Shown: positions 33,100 through 46,400, counted from the stretch's first letter. The stretch is 64,000 bases of DNA from Diplonema japonicum (GCA_964019335.1 OZ025685.1:248001-312000); one strand, 5' to 3'. Made by a program: numbers and translations. Notes: generated by a model from the sequence alone, not told the origin.

Positions 33100-35388
33100 A
33101 TGGGACGGACACTGTTGACAGCAACCCTCATCTTGGGGCTGCTTTCGGGGTGCGCGGAGGCGCATTTGAACGTAGTGTGCACCGCCACATCGAAGCAGCA
33201 GCCCAACACCTTCGCCTTCTGGTTCATGACCTACTACCATTCAGGCGAGGATGTCCCTCCCGGCCAGGTCCACATCCAAGACCCCAGCGCCCGTGTGATC
33301 TCGGCCTCGTTCTCGAACGTTTGCAAGCCGAATGCCGACAACCTTCCTTATGCAGGGTCGCCCGTGCAGGCCTTTGAGGATGTGCTGAAGACCCACTGCC
33401 TGGATTCAAGGGACCCCAACGGGAGGGTGCCTATCTTCCCGGACAGTGCGGTGGAGTGCTACAACGCGGACACCAACACGGGGCTCTCGAACTACGCGGT
33501 GGGGCTTCGGGGCAATCAGGAGGTGCTGACCGACCCTTACTTCGCGCGCAGAACCATGGTGGACTACTACTTCGTTGTTGTGGACAACCAGTTCGTCGAG
33601 ACGGGGAGCTACAAGACGCACTTCACGGACACGGACGAAAACCTCGACCCCTGCCACGACGGCTACCCCTGTTCTTTGAGGAGGCACGCGTGGACCTTTG
33701 AGATCTCGGTCATCACCGGGCCCCCCCGCTGCACCACCCCGCCGCCTCCCTCCGCCACGACTAACGTCGTTTCCGGGTCGCTAGCGTCGTGCGACGGGAG
33801 CTCCCGTGTGATCGAGGCGGGGTCGCTGTGCCACGCGCAGTGCAACCCCGGGTACGAAAAGATTGGGGTCCTGGAGTGCATGGAGCAGCAGGACGGGACG
33901 GCGGCCTGGAACCCCGGGTTCAGCTGCACCAGCAGCACGGTCTGCCAGCTCCCCTCTTCCGGCAACAACGGGGGCATCGATGCCGGGATTGTCGGGGTTG
34001 CGTCCCCCTGCTCCACTTTGAACGCTGTTGGGACGACGTGTTTCTACACCTGCACCGGGTTCGACCACCAGCAGAGCGTGGGGAAGATCCTGTGCTCGAC
34101 AACCGCGACGGGAGCGGCGGTCTGGGTCACCGACCCGGCTACCGCCTCCGACTACGACGGCTGCAGCTGGACGGTGGCTCCCACGCCGCAGCCCACCCCG
34201 GTGCCCGCTCCGTTCTGGGTGACCGGCTGCTTCTCCGACTCGATCTCAAACAGGTTGCTGCCGCACCTCGCCTACAGGGGCGACGAGAACACGGTCGAGT
34301 TGTGCGCCGAGAAGTGCCATGCCGGGGGATACACCTTCTCGGGGGTGCAGTATGGGACGGAGTGCTGGTGCGGCGACGACGTGTCGAGAGGGGTGCGCCA
34401 GAGCGACGAGGACTGCGAGGAGCTGGCGTGCACGGGAGACTCGAAAACGAAATGCGGCGGGGGGTACAGGATGAAGGTGCACCAGTACACGCTGCCGTCG
34501 CCGCCAATCAGCCACCCCCTTGTCTGGGAAGGGTGCTACGAGGACAGCGCCTCCTCCAGAAGGCTCACCTTTCTCTACACCGACATCGAGGAGCTCACCA
34601 GGGAGGAGTGCACGACCCTTTGCAGGCTGAGGGGGTACAAGTTCTGCGGGCTGCAAGCGGGGAGGGAGTGCTGGGGTGGGAACGACCTCTCCACGTCGAC
34701 CCGGACCGACCCTGAGAGGTGCGACGTGCGGTGCAAGAAGGACGGCCTCATTTGCGGCGGGTCCCATGTCAACACCATCTGCAGCCTGTCTCCCATTCAG
34801 CCCGCTCCCGTGAGCCCTGTTCTGGAGGGTTGTTTCAAGGACAGCTCTGCGAGAAGGCTCCCCCACCTCGCCTTTTCCTCGTCGGGGGTGACGGTCGAGG
34901 AGTGCTCGAAGACCTGCCAGCACAACGGGTACACCTATGCAGGGGTGCAGTGGAGCGACGAGTGCTGGTGCGGGAACGACTTGACCACCTCGAAGAGAAC
35001 GACCATCTCGGAGTGCTCCGAGCCCTGCCAGGGGGACAGATCCGTGGCCTGCGGCGGGAGTTACAGGAACAGGGTGTACGCGGTGCAAGCTGTCCCTGCA
35101 AAGGACCCTGTGACCTACCTCGGCTGCTTCCGGGACTACTCCTCCAACAGACAGCTCGACACACGGGCGTACAAAGACGGGACCGGGAACACCATCGAGG
35201 AATGCACCAAAACCTGCCAGCACAACAGGTACCTGTACGCGGGGCTCCAGTACAGCAGCGAATGTTGGTGTGGGAACACCCATCCTACAACCCCCGCATC
35301 TGAGGGAAGGTGCAACAAGCGCTGCTCCGGGGACAGCACCTCGTATTGTGGTGGGGGTTGGCACATGGGCCTTTACCTTGTTAAATAG
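33100..35388 (+). CDS. Secreted protein with two sushi-like and four WSC domains
   Basis: Signal peptide MGRTLLTATLILGLLSGCAEA; four GC[FY].D...R.L...T.E.C...C...Y...G[VL]Q...ECW.G...CGG units; Cys-rich CCP-like modules upstream. Confidence 0.88.
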   Translation: MGRTLLTATLILGLLSGCAEAHLNVVCTATSKQQPNTFAFWFMTYYHSGEDVPPGQVHIQDPSARVISASFSNVCKPNADNLPYAGSPVQAFEDVLKTHCLDSRDPNGRVPIFPDSAVECYNADTNTGLSNYAVGLRGNQEVLTDPYFARRTMVDYYFVVVDNQFVETGSYKTHFTDTDENLDPCHDGYPCSLRRHAWTFEISVITGPPRCTTPPPPSATTNVVSGSLASCDGSSRVIEAGSLCHAQCNPGYEKIGVLECMEQQDGTAAWNPGFSCTSSTVCQLPSSGNNGGIDAGIVGVASPCSTLNAVGTTCFYTCTGFDHQQSVGKILCSTTATGAAVWVTDPATASDYDGCSWTVAPTPQPTPVPAPFWVTGCFSDSISNRLLPHLAYRGDENTVELCAEKCHAGGYTFSGVQYGTECWCGDDVSRGVRQSDEDCEELACTGDSKTKCGGGYRMKVHQYTLPSPPISHPLVWEGCYEDSASSRRLTFLYTDIEELTREECTTLCRLRGYKFCGLQAGRECWGGNDLSTSTRTDPERCDVRCKKDGLICGGSHVNTICSLSPIQPAPVSPVLEGCFKDSSARRLPHLAFSSSGVTVEECSKTCQHNGYTYAGVQWSDECWCGNDLTTSKRTTISECSEPCQGDRSVACGGSYRNRVYAVQAVPAKDPVTYLGCFRDYSSNRQLDTRAYKDGTGNTIEECTKTCQHNRYLYAGLQYSSECWCGNTHPTTPASEGRCNKRCSGDSTSYCGGGWHMGLYLVK

Positions 35389-36092
35389 GCTCCTTGATGC
35401 AGGGGAAAAAAAGAGAAAAAAATGAAAACTGCGTTTTAATGAACAACGACAACAACTGTTTGTTGTTCAGAAGCGCATTATAGCAGTATAGTGGCTGTTT
35501 CTTTCCCCCTTTCCCCCCTTTTTTTTTTTGAGAATCCTCGCGTACTTCGGTAAGTTTCGGAGATAATCTTGGATTATCCAAAAAGAAAAAAGAAAAAAGA
35601 ATTACTCTCCTACCCCGTGTTCACAAAGCCACTATATTTTTGCTTCATCTATTTTCCTTTTTTTTTTTTATACCCCCACTTTTTTTTTTTAATCCTTAGT
35701 TTCGAAAAAGCAACTTCTATTCAAAAAAAAAGAAGAGGGAAAGAAAAAAAAAATGTAAAAACGATTTTCCTCATTCACTCTCCCCGTGTCCACAAAGCTA
35801 GCTTGTCTTTGGTGCAGAAATGCATACCTTAAAATGAATAAATTTGATTTTTTTTTATTTCCTTTGTTGGTTGCATAAGACAAGCCTGACTGTTTTGTGA
35901 ATACGGTTTCTCTTATCTATAGCATCTGGTTATTATTTGGTCCCTTTATGGAGCACATGATTGCTGGAGTGTAAAAAAAAAAAAAACTCAGCCTCCACCC
36001 TGTCCCTGCGCGACGAAACGAATGTTTGACCAGAGTTTCCTTTTCGCCAGCTCCCCTCTCCGGATAAAGGTGAGTTAACTGTTTTTTTTTTT

Positions 36093-36493
36093 ACACCAAG
36101 AGGGCCAACCGATTGGCAAAAATAATTGAAAGACTGATGGGCGCAGCCGAGGCACACGCACCAAAGCCGTTCATGCCCAAGGAAATAACTGAATCCGTGG
36201 CATTACGATCGATAGGTGCACCCAAGCGACTGAAGGGGTACACCGGAAGGCCGAAATTCGCAACCAGCAGAACGTGCGAAATTCTGGAAAGACAATGCGC
36301 AGTACCGACTGCACAGAGAAAAGAGTGGTCCGACCCCTTCGTGCCCGACTACAGAGCACAACAACCTACCAGAACGCAGTCCACCCTTCCCGCAGCCATG
36401 CATCCTTCAGCACAGAAGGGTAGCAACATCCGCTAGCGCGGTTAAGAAGTTGCTCGTACGCCAGGCGGTTTATGAAGCAACCAAAGTCATTCT

Positions 36494-36495
<2 letters not shown>
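36093..36495 (+). mobile_element. 5'-truncated LINE-like retroposon fragment
   Basis: Peptide ALRSIGAPKRLKGYTGRPKFATSRT matches ALRTIGAKKSLGWNRRPVFASEKT (59281) and TLRHLGGPTAHGYDRRPLFSSSQT (51178). Bounded by oligo(T) on both sides. Confidence 0.65.
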
Positions 36496-36527
<32 letters not shown>

Positions 36528-37150
36528 CGTCATTGCTATGGCCAATTCCTCTTCTTTTTTTTTTTTTTTTAATCTTCATCCCTCTCTCTTTCCCTCCTTT
36601 GTCGGGGCACACTCGGTGCCATCAGCTATTTTCTTTTTTTCCGTCTGCTTTTTTTTTTTTTAATGGATTTAATAAAGACTGTACTGATATTCTTTGCCGT
36701 GCATGCCCTGACAGGAAGCGTTTTCTTTCTTTCTTTTAAGTTCTAGAGGGCACGCAAAGACCTTTGGCCGGGTCTAGGTGAGTAACCTCCCCTTACGCGA
36801 GTCTGTGTCAGAGGGTGATCCTCACCCAGGCACAGACAGACCTCTCAAAAGGCTTCGCAAAAGAAAAAGATGCCCCCCCACCCCTACCGCGAGGAAACGG
36901 GGACCAGGCAGAGGTGGCGCCACACACGTTAAGAAGCTCACTCCGAAATGTGTCGTTGACCGGCACCCTTGGAGCCGACTGTGGTGGTCGTACTGGGCGC
37001 CGTTTGGCTTGTGTCACCTTGACGTTAAACGATCGAATTCTTTTCTATTTTTTTCTTCTTTTTTTTTTCTAGCACCCCTCTGCACAGTAAAACCTTGTCG
37101 AATTTCTGGTTTCTGTCATTCTCCCTCTTTTCCCCCCTTTTTTTCTCTTT

Positions 37151-37190
37151 ACAGTGAGCACTCCCCCTGCACACTGATACTTTATTGAAC
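37151..37190 (+). repeat. Isolated retroposon 3'-end stem-loop (variant)
   Basis: ACAGTGAGCA-CTCCCCC-TGCACACTGA keeps the stem of 22525/51382 with a changed loop and shares downstream TTTATTGAAC with the 22525 copy. Confidence 0.65.
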
Positions 37191-37489
37191 TTTTTATTTC
37201 TTGTATTTGCTATTTACCTCCTGGTCCGCGCGCGTAACGACGCTTTCCCACAAGCGGGTCGTTTCAAGTCAGTGCTCGGGGGGGAGACAAGAATTAGGGC
37301 AAAAAAAACCCTTGGCAGGCTGTTATTGCACTACCACAGGCGGACCTTTCAAAACAGGGGAAAACGTGGGGTCGCATTCACAGCAGGATGGGAACGGTAC
37401 CTTTTTTAATCTACTGGAACGCTAATAGGGAGGAAAAAAAAAAAAAAAAAAACTCCCCCACAGCCACTTTTCTTCCATAACATGCAACA

Positions 37490-40400
37490 ATGATGGGTGC
37501 GAATAGAGAAACGGAACGTCGCGGTCCGGAGGTGACGAACGAGCACGGGACGGAGAAGTGGTGCTTCAGCCAGCCGAATGTAACAATATACCTGCGCGCG
37601 GGCACCAAGAAGGAGCACGAAGAGGTCGCCGCCAACATTGTCAACATCCTCCAAAAAACCGACGGCTTCGGCGAGTTCGCAATCGGCCGCAACGACAGCG
37701 AAAAACCAACGTACTCCCACCAAGCCCTCAACCCGAGAAGAATGGTTCCGTACCAAAAAAGGCTGGGCCACGTTTTCCTAAGCCTACTGGGCCGGGAAGA
37801 GGAAATAAAAGAATGCCTCCCTCTAGTCCCACAAGTAGAACTAAAACGAAGCCTATTAGACCGCACCGACAAGGACACAATCGTGACGATAAACCACAAG
37901 GTGATCGACAAAATATGTAGAGAGAGCATGGACAAAGGAATCAACGTAGATGAGACCTGGGTTGAATACGTCAAGGAATATTCCGACCCTTCCGTCCAAG
38001 ATGAGCTTCGCATCACGTCTAGCAAGTACGGGCCTGCTGCAAAGGAGATCTACGGAAGCGGAGAATTCTCAATCACCGTTAAAGAGCTCCAGCAGTTAGA
38101 ACGCGGGATACGCCTCGCGACGTCCCTGGCCCTCCCGAGGAAATTCTACGCGAAGCTGGTCCAGTTTGCAACAGGGTCTGTTAACACACAACGTTTCTTC
38201 GATCTGCGGCGATCGATTCCCCTTGAACACCTCGCCAACATCGAACTCCAAGACGGTCAACGTCAGGAACTCCTCAAAACATGGAGCTATCGCGAGGCAA
38301 ACGCAATTCAAAACCACGACGAGCTCCTCCGTCTCAAGGCAGCTCTCATGAAATCGACAACGAAGCTTTCAAAAGACGAGGTCACAAAGATATGCACTTA
38401 CAACTACGATCTCGACAATTTCAGGATTGTCGCGAGGAACGCCCGTATAAAGATCGAACAGATGCAAGACCCCGTTGTGATCCAACGAGACAACGAGATC
38501 GTAATGACCCTCCACGATTTTGTAAACGAGGTGCGGAGCGCACCGTCGTCCTTCGGGTTCACAGACGGAGCAGAGCACTCCGCGTTGCGAAAATCCCTCA
38601 CCGAACTCTGTACTGATGTATGCGTGTCTCAAAAAGGATATTTTTTCGTCGATGGGAAACCCGGTGCTCCGAACCAGCTCACAAAAAAGACCCCGCAGCC
38701 CGTTGTGTTCCTGTCCTCCCCTGGGCTCGACTTCTGCGACCCGTCTACCACGATCCTTGAAGCGAAGAAGTATTTCAAAAAACTGGACACCAAAGACGGG
38801 CAGCCAAAGTGGCGAGGGTTCTTATCCGGCGCGCACGACGATCTTCTGCAGCGTGTCACAAGGTTGTACCGCGTTATTTTCAGGTCCTGCCAAGGCCATG
38901 GCGTGTGCAATCCTTCAATGCTTGCCATGGGTCTGGGCGTCTTTCTCCAGAACATCCACGAAGATGACAGGGACAAGGTAGCGGAGGCGTATTTTACCGC
39001 TCAGTTCCAACTCCTTTGCGAACAGGACTGGGGGTTCCACAACTACTTCGTGAACCCCGTGCGGTACAAGGACGTCGGGATGCGCGCCCTCGAAGCCGAG
39101 CTTAAAAAGGGCAAACAGCTCTGCTGCAACGTTGTAATGCACGGCAAGGACGTCAAATTCCTCGCAACCGAAATGGCGAAGGGCGACCCATCCCGTCCTG
39201 GATCGTTTCAAAGCCCTGCGATGCTGAACCCGTCGGACTGCGCGTCTATCTTTCTGGGCCTCATGGGGTACTTCTGGGAATGGGGACGCCAGGAATGCTA
39301 TGTTGGAGAGGAAGATTTCTGCTGCACTGGAACCGGCACGCTTGCATTGTCCACCATCACAAATGTATATGGCGACTCCTCCCGGCATTTACAAGATGAG
39401 ACAAGCACCGCAAAGCCTACACTTCCGCGTACCAAGGTCCGCACTGAACCCAACCCGAAATCCCTTGCTCAGCTTGTTCAGTTATGCAGAAAATTGTCAG
39501 CACACGACAGCCGTCCCGAAGAACGGCCAAGACTGCGGAAGTCTATCATCACTGGCCTCGAAACGGGGTCAATCGAACTCACCGATCAGCTTGAAGGCAT
39601 CCGAATCGTGACCACCCTGTCAGGAGGCCCCGAGGACGACGCTAAACTACTGGAAGCCATCATCACAAAGCTCCAGATCAACGTCAAAGCAGTCGAGTCT
39701 GTGTGCGGTACGCTTGGAACTACACCCCTCCACCTCGCCGCCTACTTTGGTCACATGGACACCATCGTGTGCCTCGTGCAAGAAGGCCATCCTTTAACCC
39801 TAGGCGACGAACGTTGCGAGACTGTCTATGATAAGGCAATCAACACCACTGTGAAGCCTCTCATCAGGGCGGCTGCCTGTTCTAAGCTACTCCGTGCAAT
39901 CGACGGAAAGACCCTCCACCCTAAGATGTTGAACGAGGAGCTCCTTGGAAACAGGGACAAGATAAAATCAAACTCCACGAAACAAGCAACCGGGTGGTCC
40001 TTCATGCACTGGGGCGCCGCACTGTGCAACGAAAAACTCCTTGCGAAGGCTAGAAAAAGCCCTCAAAGCGACAGAAACCACGTCGATGACGATGGGTGGA
40101 CGCCTCTGTACTGGATCATCGCAAGGCAGAGCAGTGCTCTGCTGCAGACGTTCTTAGCACACGAATCACCGACAGAACCAGAAGTCAGCTTGAAGCTGTG
40201 CTTCAACGATACAACTTTAATCGGCAGGTTCACGCTATGCGGACGGTGGGTGGATACAGGAACCGATGGCACAGAACTTCTGATAGAACAGCGTGGTGAG
40301 CTTTGCGAGAGGATCGGACGGGAATACCTAGGCACGCTGCGAGACAAGCAAGGGAGAACGGTTGAATTGGATATTGAAATGTCAGCGAGGCTGACACCGC

Positions 40401-43400
40401 AGCAACACGTGAAGAGGAGTATCACGGCAACGGTGACGAAAAGCAGCACAGACAGAGGGGTGTGGCAGGTTTTGTGGAATGAAACGAAGATGTTACTCAC
40501 AATAGACGCAGGCGACCGCACCTATTCCTTCGCCAAAGAAAAACCCGACAGCAAACGTCTCTTGTACGAGGACTACACCACAGTCGTCCACGTTTGCTGC
40601 AACCTCGGCCTCGACGCCATGGCTGCCAAGCTCATCGCGCACGACGCTACGCTGCTTGACGTGCGGTGCAAAGAAACGCACGAAAAGCCCTTCATCACCG
40701 CCCTCCTCAACCACGGAAGGGAGCACCATGGTTACACAAAGCCGGACGCCGAGAACATTGATCTGATATCGGAACTGCTCACACCGCCCGACGACCAAGA
40801 TTTAAAAGACACACGAAAGGAAATCCGGAATAGATGCGTGCAGGCACTTCGCGAATCACTGCGACACCCGCTTGTCACCACCGAGAAAGGATGGTTCTTG
40901 CAGGTGATGGGTCGCAGCGAAAGCACTGTGACGAGCATCATAAAACAATTGTGTCAATACGAAGACACGAGACAGGTCGCGCGTTCTGTTTTGCTGTACG
41001 CACTGCAAAACGCCTGTGCCTGCCTTGGGCCTAAAGATGATGTGGGGGACCCTAGGAAGGGCGACCCATCGCTGGTGACAAGGGTAGTGTCGTTTTTGAT
41101 GTCCTTGCGCGACACGGTGCCCGATCTGTCGTGGGAGTTGAACACGATGGAAGCGTTGATCACAGCGGACTGCCCGACGGAGGCAGACATTACTGTTGCA
41201 GAGGGAACTCTTGACACGGTATTCTGGACATCGCGGTACCTCGTTGGGAAGACCTTCTCAAGGCTGATAAATGCTATCTCGAGCATTACACAGCTGTACC
41301 ACGACGGGTTCAACAAGAAGCAGTTCACCATCGAAGAGCTCAGCGAGGTTCTCGACACCAATGAAATACCCACCTATCCCTCCCACGAAGGCGCGCGCGT
41401 CATCGACCACACCATCTCACTATACCAAACCTACAAGGACCAGAACAGGGGTTCCGACGCCGACCAGCTCGCATACGCGCTGTTGCTGTTGCTGCAACTA
41501 CACTGCAACGGCAAGCAGTCCGCACTCGCCGTAGCCGTCATGCACGAACGCACAAGCATCATCGATATGCTGTTGAAGCAGACGGAAGGGAAGCTCGTCG
41601 GCACGTACAAAAACCTGTTAAGAGAAGCCATCGGGACAAGGCGGTGGGCTGCAGTCGACATCTTGCTGCCGTATGCAAAGAGGTACCAGCCTGATGGAGT
41701 CTATCTGTTTGACTACCTTCCATCTGCAAGGCTCGAAAAAGGTCGAGATCCGTCCTACCCTGAAGCCCCATCACAACGAGAGTTAGAACTGTGTTCAGAT
41801 CATGATCTGGTGCACCCGAGGAACTACGCTGCGGTGCTGGCATGCCACGGGCAGTGGTTGCGGAGCAGACAAACAACCCCCAAAACGATTGAGATTTCAT
41901 GGGCCGACACGTCGAAGAAGTTCACGATACAAAAGTCTTCCGCGCTTGAGGAGAACTCCAAAATGGTGTACAGCTGGCTGTTGGGGCTACCCGACAGCAA
42001 AGGGACAGGCCCGAACATTGTCTTGAATGACAAGTACGGCGACGCCGTTCAGAACCTGCAGCTGCTTTACGACGATGTCAGTGATGGTGCGACGTACACC
42101 GCATTCTGTGTGTCCTTCGACATCCCCAGCAAGCAAATAGATGTGGTGGGCCCCAAGGAAACCAAAACCGTGAGCATCTTCAAGAATGAAAACGCGCGCA
42201 GCATTACCGAGCTCGTCCGTCGTCGCTTCATGCTGCCCTGCAGCATCGATAACATCACCTTTCAAGACAAGAACGGTGAGGACATCTCGCTCTCATTCGC
42301 CAATGTGATCGACGGAGAGAAGTACACAATGACATCCGGTCCCGAACGGCCTACCTGGACGGAAGTGCTCAAAGGAAGCCTCCAAGCCGGGAAGGAAAAG
42401 GTCGCCGTCGTTCAGTACCTTCTCGGGACGAGCTCTGTCAATTTGAACGATTTTTTTACAGACTCCGAGAACAGGAAGTGCTTCCCGTTCTTCGACTTCG
42501 GGTTTGAAAACCCCCGCGCTGCTGAGGTGTTCCTAGTGATCTGCAGGCTGCTACACATGGACACGGGGAACGAAAGGCTATTGAATGACGGGTTCGTGAT
42601 CAACGGTATTGCGTTCACTCCCGATGACACAGAGCCGTTGAGGTACCCACTGCATGCGTTGCTGCTGAAAGCACACGACGCCACTGGGGGAACGACACCC
42701 ACACAACTGAAAGACGGCAAGGTAAGGAAGCGCGTGACAGACTTGATCATCGAAGTCGTTACCTTCATCAACCAGGTCCTGGCAGGGAAAGAAGGCCCCG
42801 GCATGTCCAACATCGTACGCGACTATGTCCTCAGCCTCCCTTGCTCGACCTACTCCAGCAGCACTTCTATCATCATCCCAAGCGGTGGCGGGGGCCTTGC
42901 TTCGGACCTCGCTGACTACAAAGACCTGTACCCCATTGAGCTTGCCATCAAACTGCACAACGCCGAGGTCCTCAAAGCCATCTTCGGCAAGATAAGCACC
43001 GCACAGCGGTACACAGGCCTTGAAGAAGTGGTTCTGAAGTACACCCCCAGCGACCCCAGCGACAACAATGACACGCTGCTCATCTCCTGCTTCAAGGACA
43101 GTTGGTTCCCCGACAACGACGAGTGGCACAGCAGGGACGGTGTGGGTGTCATCAAGGCTTGCACGAAGACAAAGCGACCTCTGCTCCATCAAGCCTTAGA
43201 CCTCCTGACGTTCCCAAAGCCTTGCAGGTACATGGCAGAGCAAGCATACCTTCTTGAAACCTTTCTAACTAGATACCCGCACGTCGCGAAGCAGGCCCGG
43301 AGCTACGTGAATGTTGAAAAGAAAACCCTCCAAGAGGAGGTGGGTGTACCGTGGTTCCCGCCCGGCCATCAGCACCTTGAGAAGTGGTCCTCCGACGTCG

Positions 43401-46400
43401 GGCTGTCGAACGAAGAGATGCACAGAAGGGAGATAGTAGATGTGCTGTTGGACTCCGCAGAGCAGCGGCAGACCTTCAGATTCAGAGCAAAGCGAAGCAC
43501 ATGTGACAGAGTGGAGCTCGCCATCGACGACGCCGTGAGCGTTGTGTTCTCAAAGGAGTTTGATAGGTGCGGGTTGTTCAAGACGGTGAGCTTAAACTCA
43601 GCTTCTTCGGGTGTTATGGTGAGGGTGTGTGGAGAAGACGGAAAGGTGGCAACATTCAAAGGCCTCTCTACTGAGACCACCGTAAGGCAGATCAAACAGC
43701 TGCTTCCACCCACTGTCACACAGTCGCAGCGGACATTCGTCATGAAGGACGGCACTGTGGTGTCCGACCAATCGTCCATTGGGAACGAGAAATGTGTCAC
43801 GTACTACAGCATTTCGCACAGTGGACAGTGGCGCGACGCTCTTCTGAAGGAGTACTGCAATGTGTACAACGAGAACCCCAACGAAAAGCCTTGTCTGCAT
43901 GATGAGTTCTTCATTGAAGCGGACCACTGGTCGTGCTGCGGGTCACGATTGTACGGCTCACCCTGCGGGGGGGACTGGTTCAGGAACCGTGTTGTGGAGC
44001 AGCCGAGCAACATGCCCGACGAAGAAGACGAAGATGACAACTGGAAGACTCAACTCAACGAATTCGGTCTGGGCAAGTTATTCCAGCGTGCCCCATGGGT
44101 GCTGCAGCTCAGCGGCACCCGTAAGTCAGTTTTGCGGTCACTGCTGAACCACCCTATGCGGGACGCACATAAGCTCAACCAAGCTCTAACATCATCTTTT
44201 TCTCCTATCTTAATAGAAAGGCGGCATCAATGGGGGAGGAGCTTCAGAGCGAGGAAGTGGAGGCACAACAACGTCACCGACATCGAAGAGGAAGAGGCAC
44301 CCCCTGTACACGCACGCCCGCAACCGTCCATCGTGAAGCAAGAGCCCCCTGGGGAACATGAGTTGTTGATCGACTCAGGGCTTTCCCTTGCACATTGGTT
44401 TTGCCTGCTGTCGGACGCCGAGCTAGTGAAGATCACTGTGAACACTCTTGAACTGCCCCTCTCGGACTCCTCCAGAAACATGGAACCTGCCCTCACTTCC
44501 TGCCTTAAATACACGTGTCTTCACTATGCTGCGTATGCTTCAGCCACTGACGCCATCGACACTGTGTGTGAGTGGAAGACATCGACTGATATCCAAGGGT
44601 CGGATCTGCTGAACTATCAAGTCCCATGTGCGTGCCACCCGTGCGATGGGTGGCATCACGACAGGCTTCGGGTTTACGACAAAAATCACCGTATGCGAGA
44701 TCTGGTGAAGGGTGCGAAGGAAGAGCTGTCTGCACAGTACTGCACATGGTGCCTCATAAAGCTCGGAGCATCAAAGGGCGACCCCAACGAACAAGAAGTA
44801 TCCGCGTGCGAGCGATGCACAAACCTAAGCAGGGCCATTCACAATGTGAAACAGATGAACTTCGAACGACCCACGTCACTGACAGCCGTTCAACCATTGT
44901 TGGAAAACTGGAAGAACAATGTGGCTGAAGTTGTGAATCTGGGGAACTGTGAAGGAGGAGGCGGCTTGGTGCACAAACGTGCCATGAACCCACCTACAGC
45001 CGGCGACACCCCGTTGATGGTCGCGTGTCAGTTCAGTCATGTTGCCGCGTGTCGAAGAATGGTCAGAACACATAAAGCAAACGCTGGGCTTCGAAACCAT
45101 GAAGGGTATGATGCGCATGACATAGCAGTGGTGCTGCAGCACAGGCATGAGATGCAGCCGCAAAGAGCGCACGCGGAAGGCGACGACGATGATTATGGTG
45201 CGGCGCAGCGTGCTGCTGAACACGAAGAGAACTCCAGCCTGTTACTGGAGAGGAACATCGAAATGCTTAACACCACGAAGCCTGTCAAGAAGAAACTCTT
45301 CAACTTCGCGCTGTCGTTCTTCGTGAAGTCTCTTTTCCACATTTTCTCGTTCGCGTTGGTGATGACGGTGCTGTCGTGGCTCACCGTGCAGGACGGGAAG
45401 AAATTCTTCACGACGTCCTCACTCTCCACCGTCATCAACACCGAGGAATGGACCACCGCAGAGCTCAACTCACAACGGTTCCGCGCCTTTCGAGAAGACT
45501 TATCAGCAACACTTGAACTCGAGGATTTTTCAGCGTGGTTCAGCGAACCGTTTCAATCAAAGGTTTTGGGAGAGCGGCCGTACGGTATGTTCCAGCTTGT
45601 TGGCACGGTTCGGGTCAGCAAGCAAGACGTTATTTACCAGAACTGCACGAACCAGTCCGCGACGAAGCAAGATACGTATAAAACCTATTTGGACTTGCAA
45701 TGCCCAGGGGTGTATCATCAAAACGACTTAGCAAACCCATTGGTGTGGGGGAACTGGGATGTCCCCCGTCCAGTGTTTTTGTCGAGGTACTCATGGACGT
45801 CTTACGATCTCGGTGTTGGGGATTATGTGGAACTGCACCCTGACGACAAGACCGCGATAGCCCGCATCGCGTTTGTCGATGAACTGGGAAGCGAGGGAGC
45901 GTTTTTAAACAACAGCACGAGGTTCGTCAGCACGCAGTTCACATTCTACAACGCTTACATCGATGTGTTCGTTGTGTGTCAGATTTTCTTCGAGATCTTC
46001 GCGCAAGGCGCCATCCAGCAAACCTCACGGTACCGCTCTGTTCGTATTAACACGTATCAAACCAACGCGGACGTCTTCCGGCTGGTTTTGGAAATCGTGT
46101 TTTTAATATTCCTGATGATGCAGACGCTGACGCAGTCGATCAATCTCTTCGTAATGGCCAAGCGGATCTTCAAGGAGTGGACACGCGACCAGCACACCCA
46201 CGAAAGCTTCGGGACAAAACTAAAGAACGCCGCGGGGATCGTGAGGGAAAGCATCAGAGATTGGTACCTCCTCGATTTGATGCTAATCATTCTCCAATAC
46301 ATAGTAATGGTGCAGAACGTTCGTGTGCTGCGGTTGCAGAGAAGTCTAGCCTCGCAAGGCGACTTGCTTGACGTTCATAATAAGAATTTCTACGATGAGT

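Noticed and set aside
36000-36035. Hammerhead-like GTC..GACGAAAC..GTTT
   Set aside because: No CTGANGA core.
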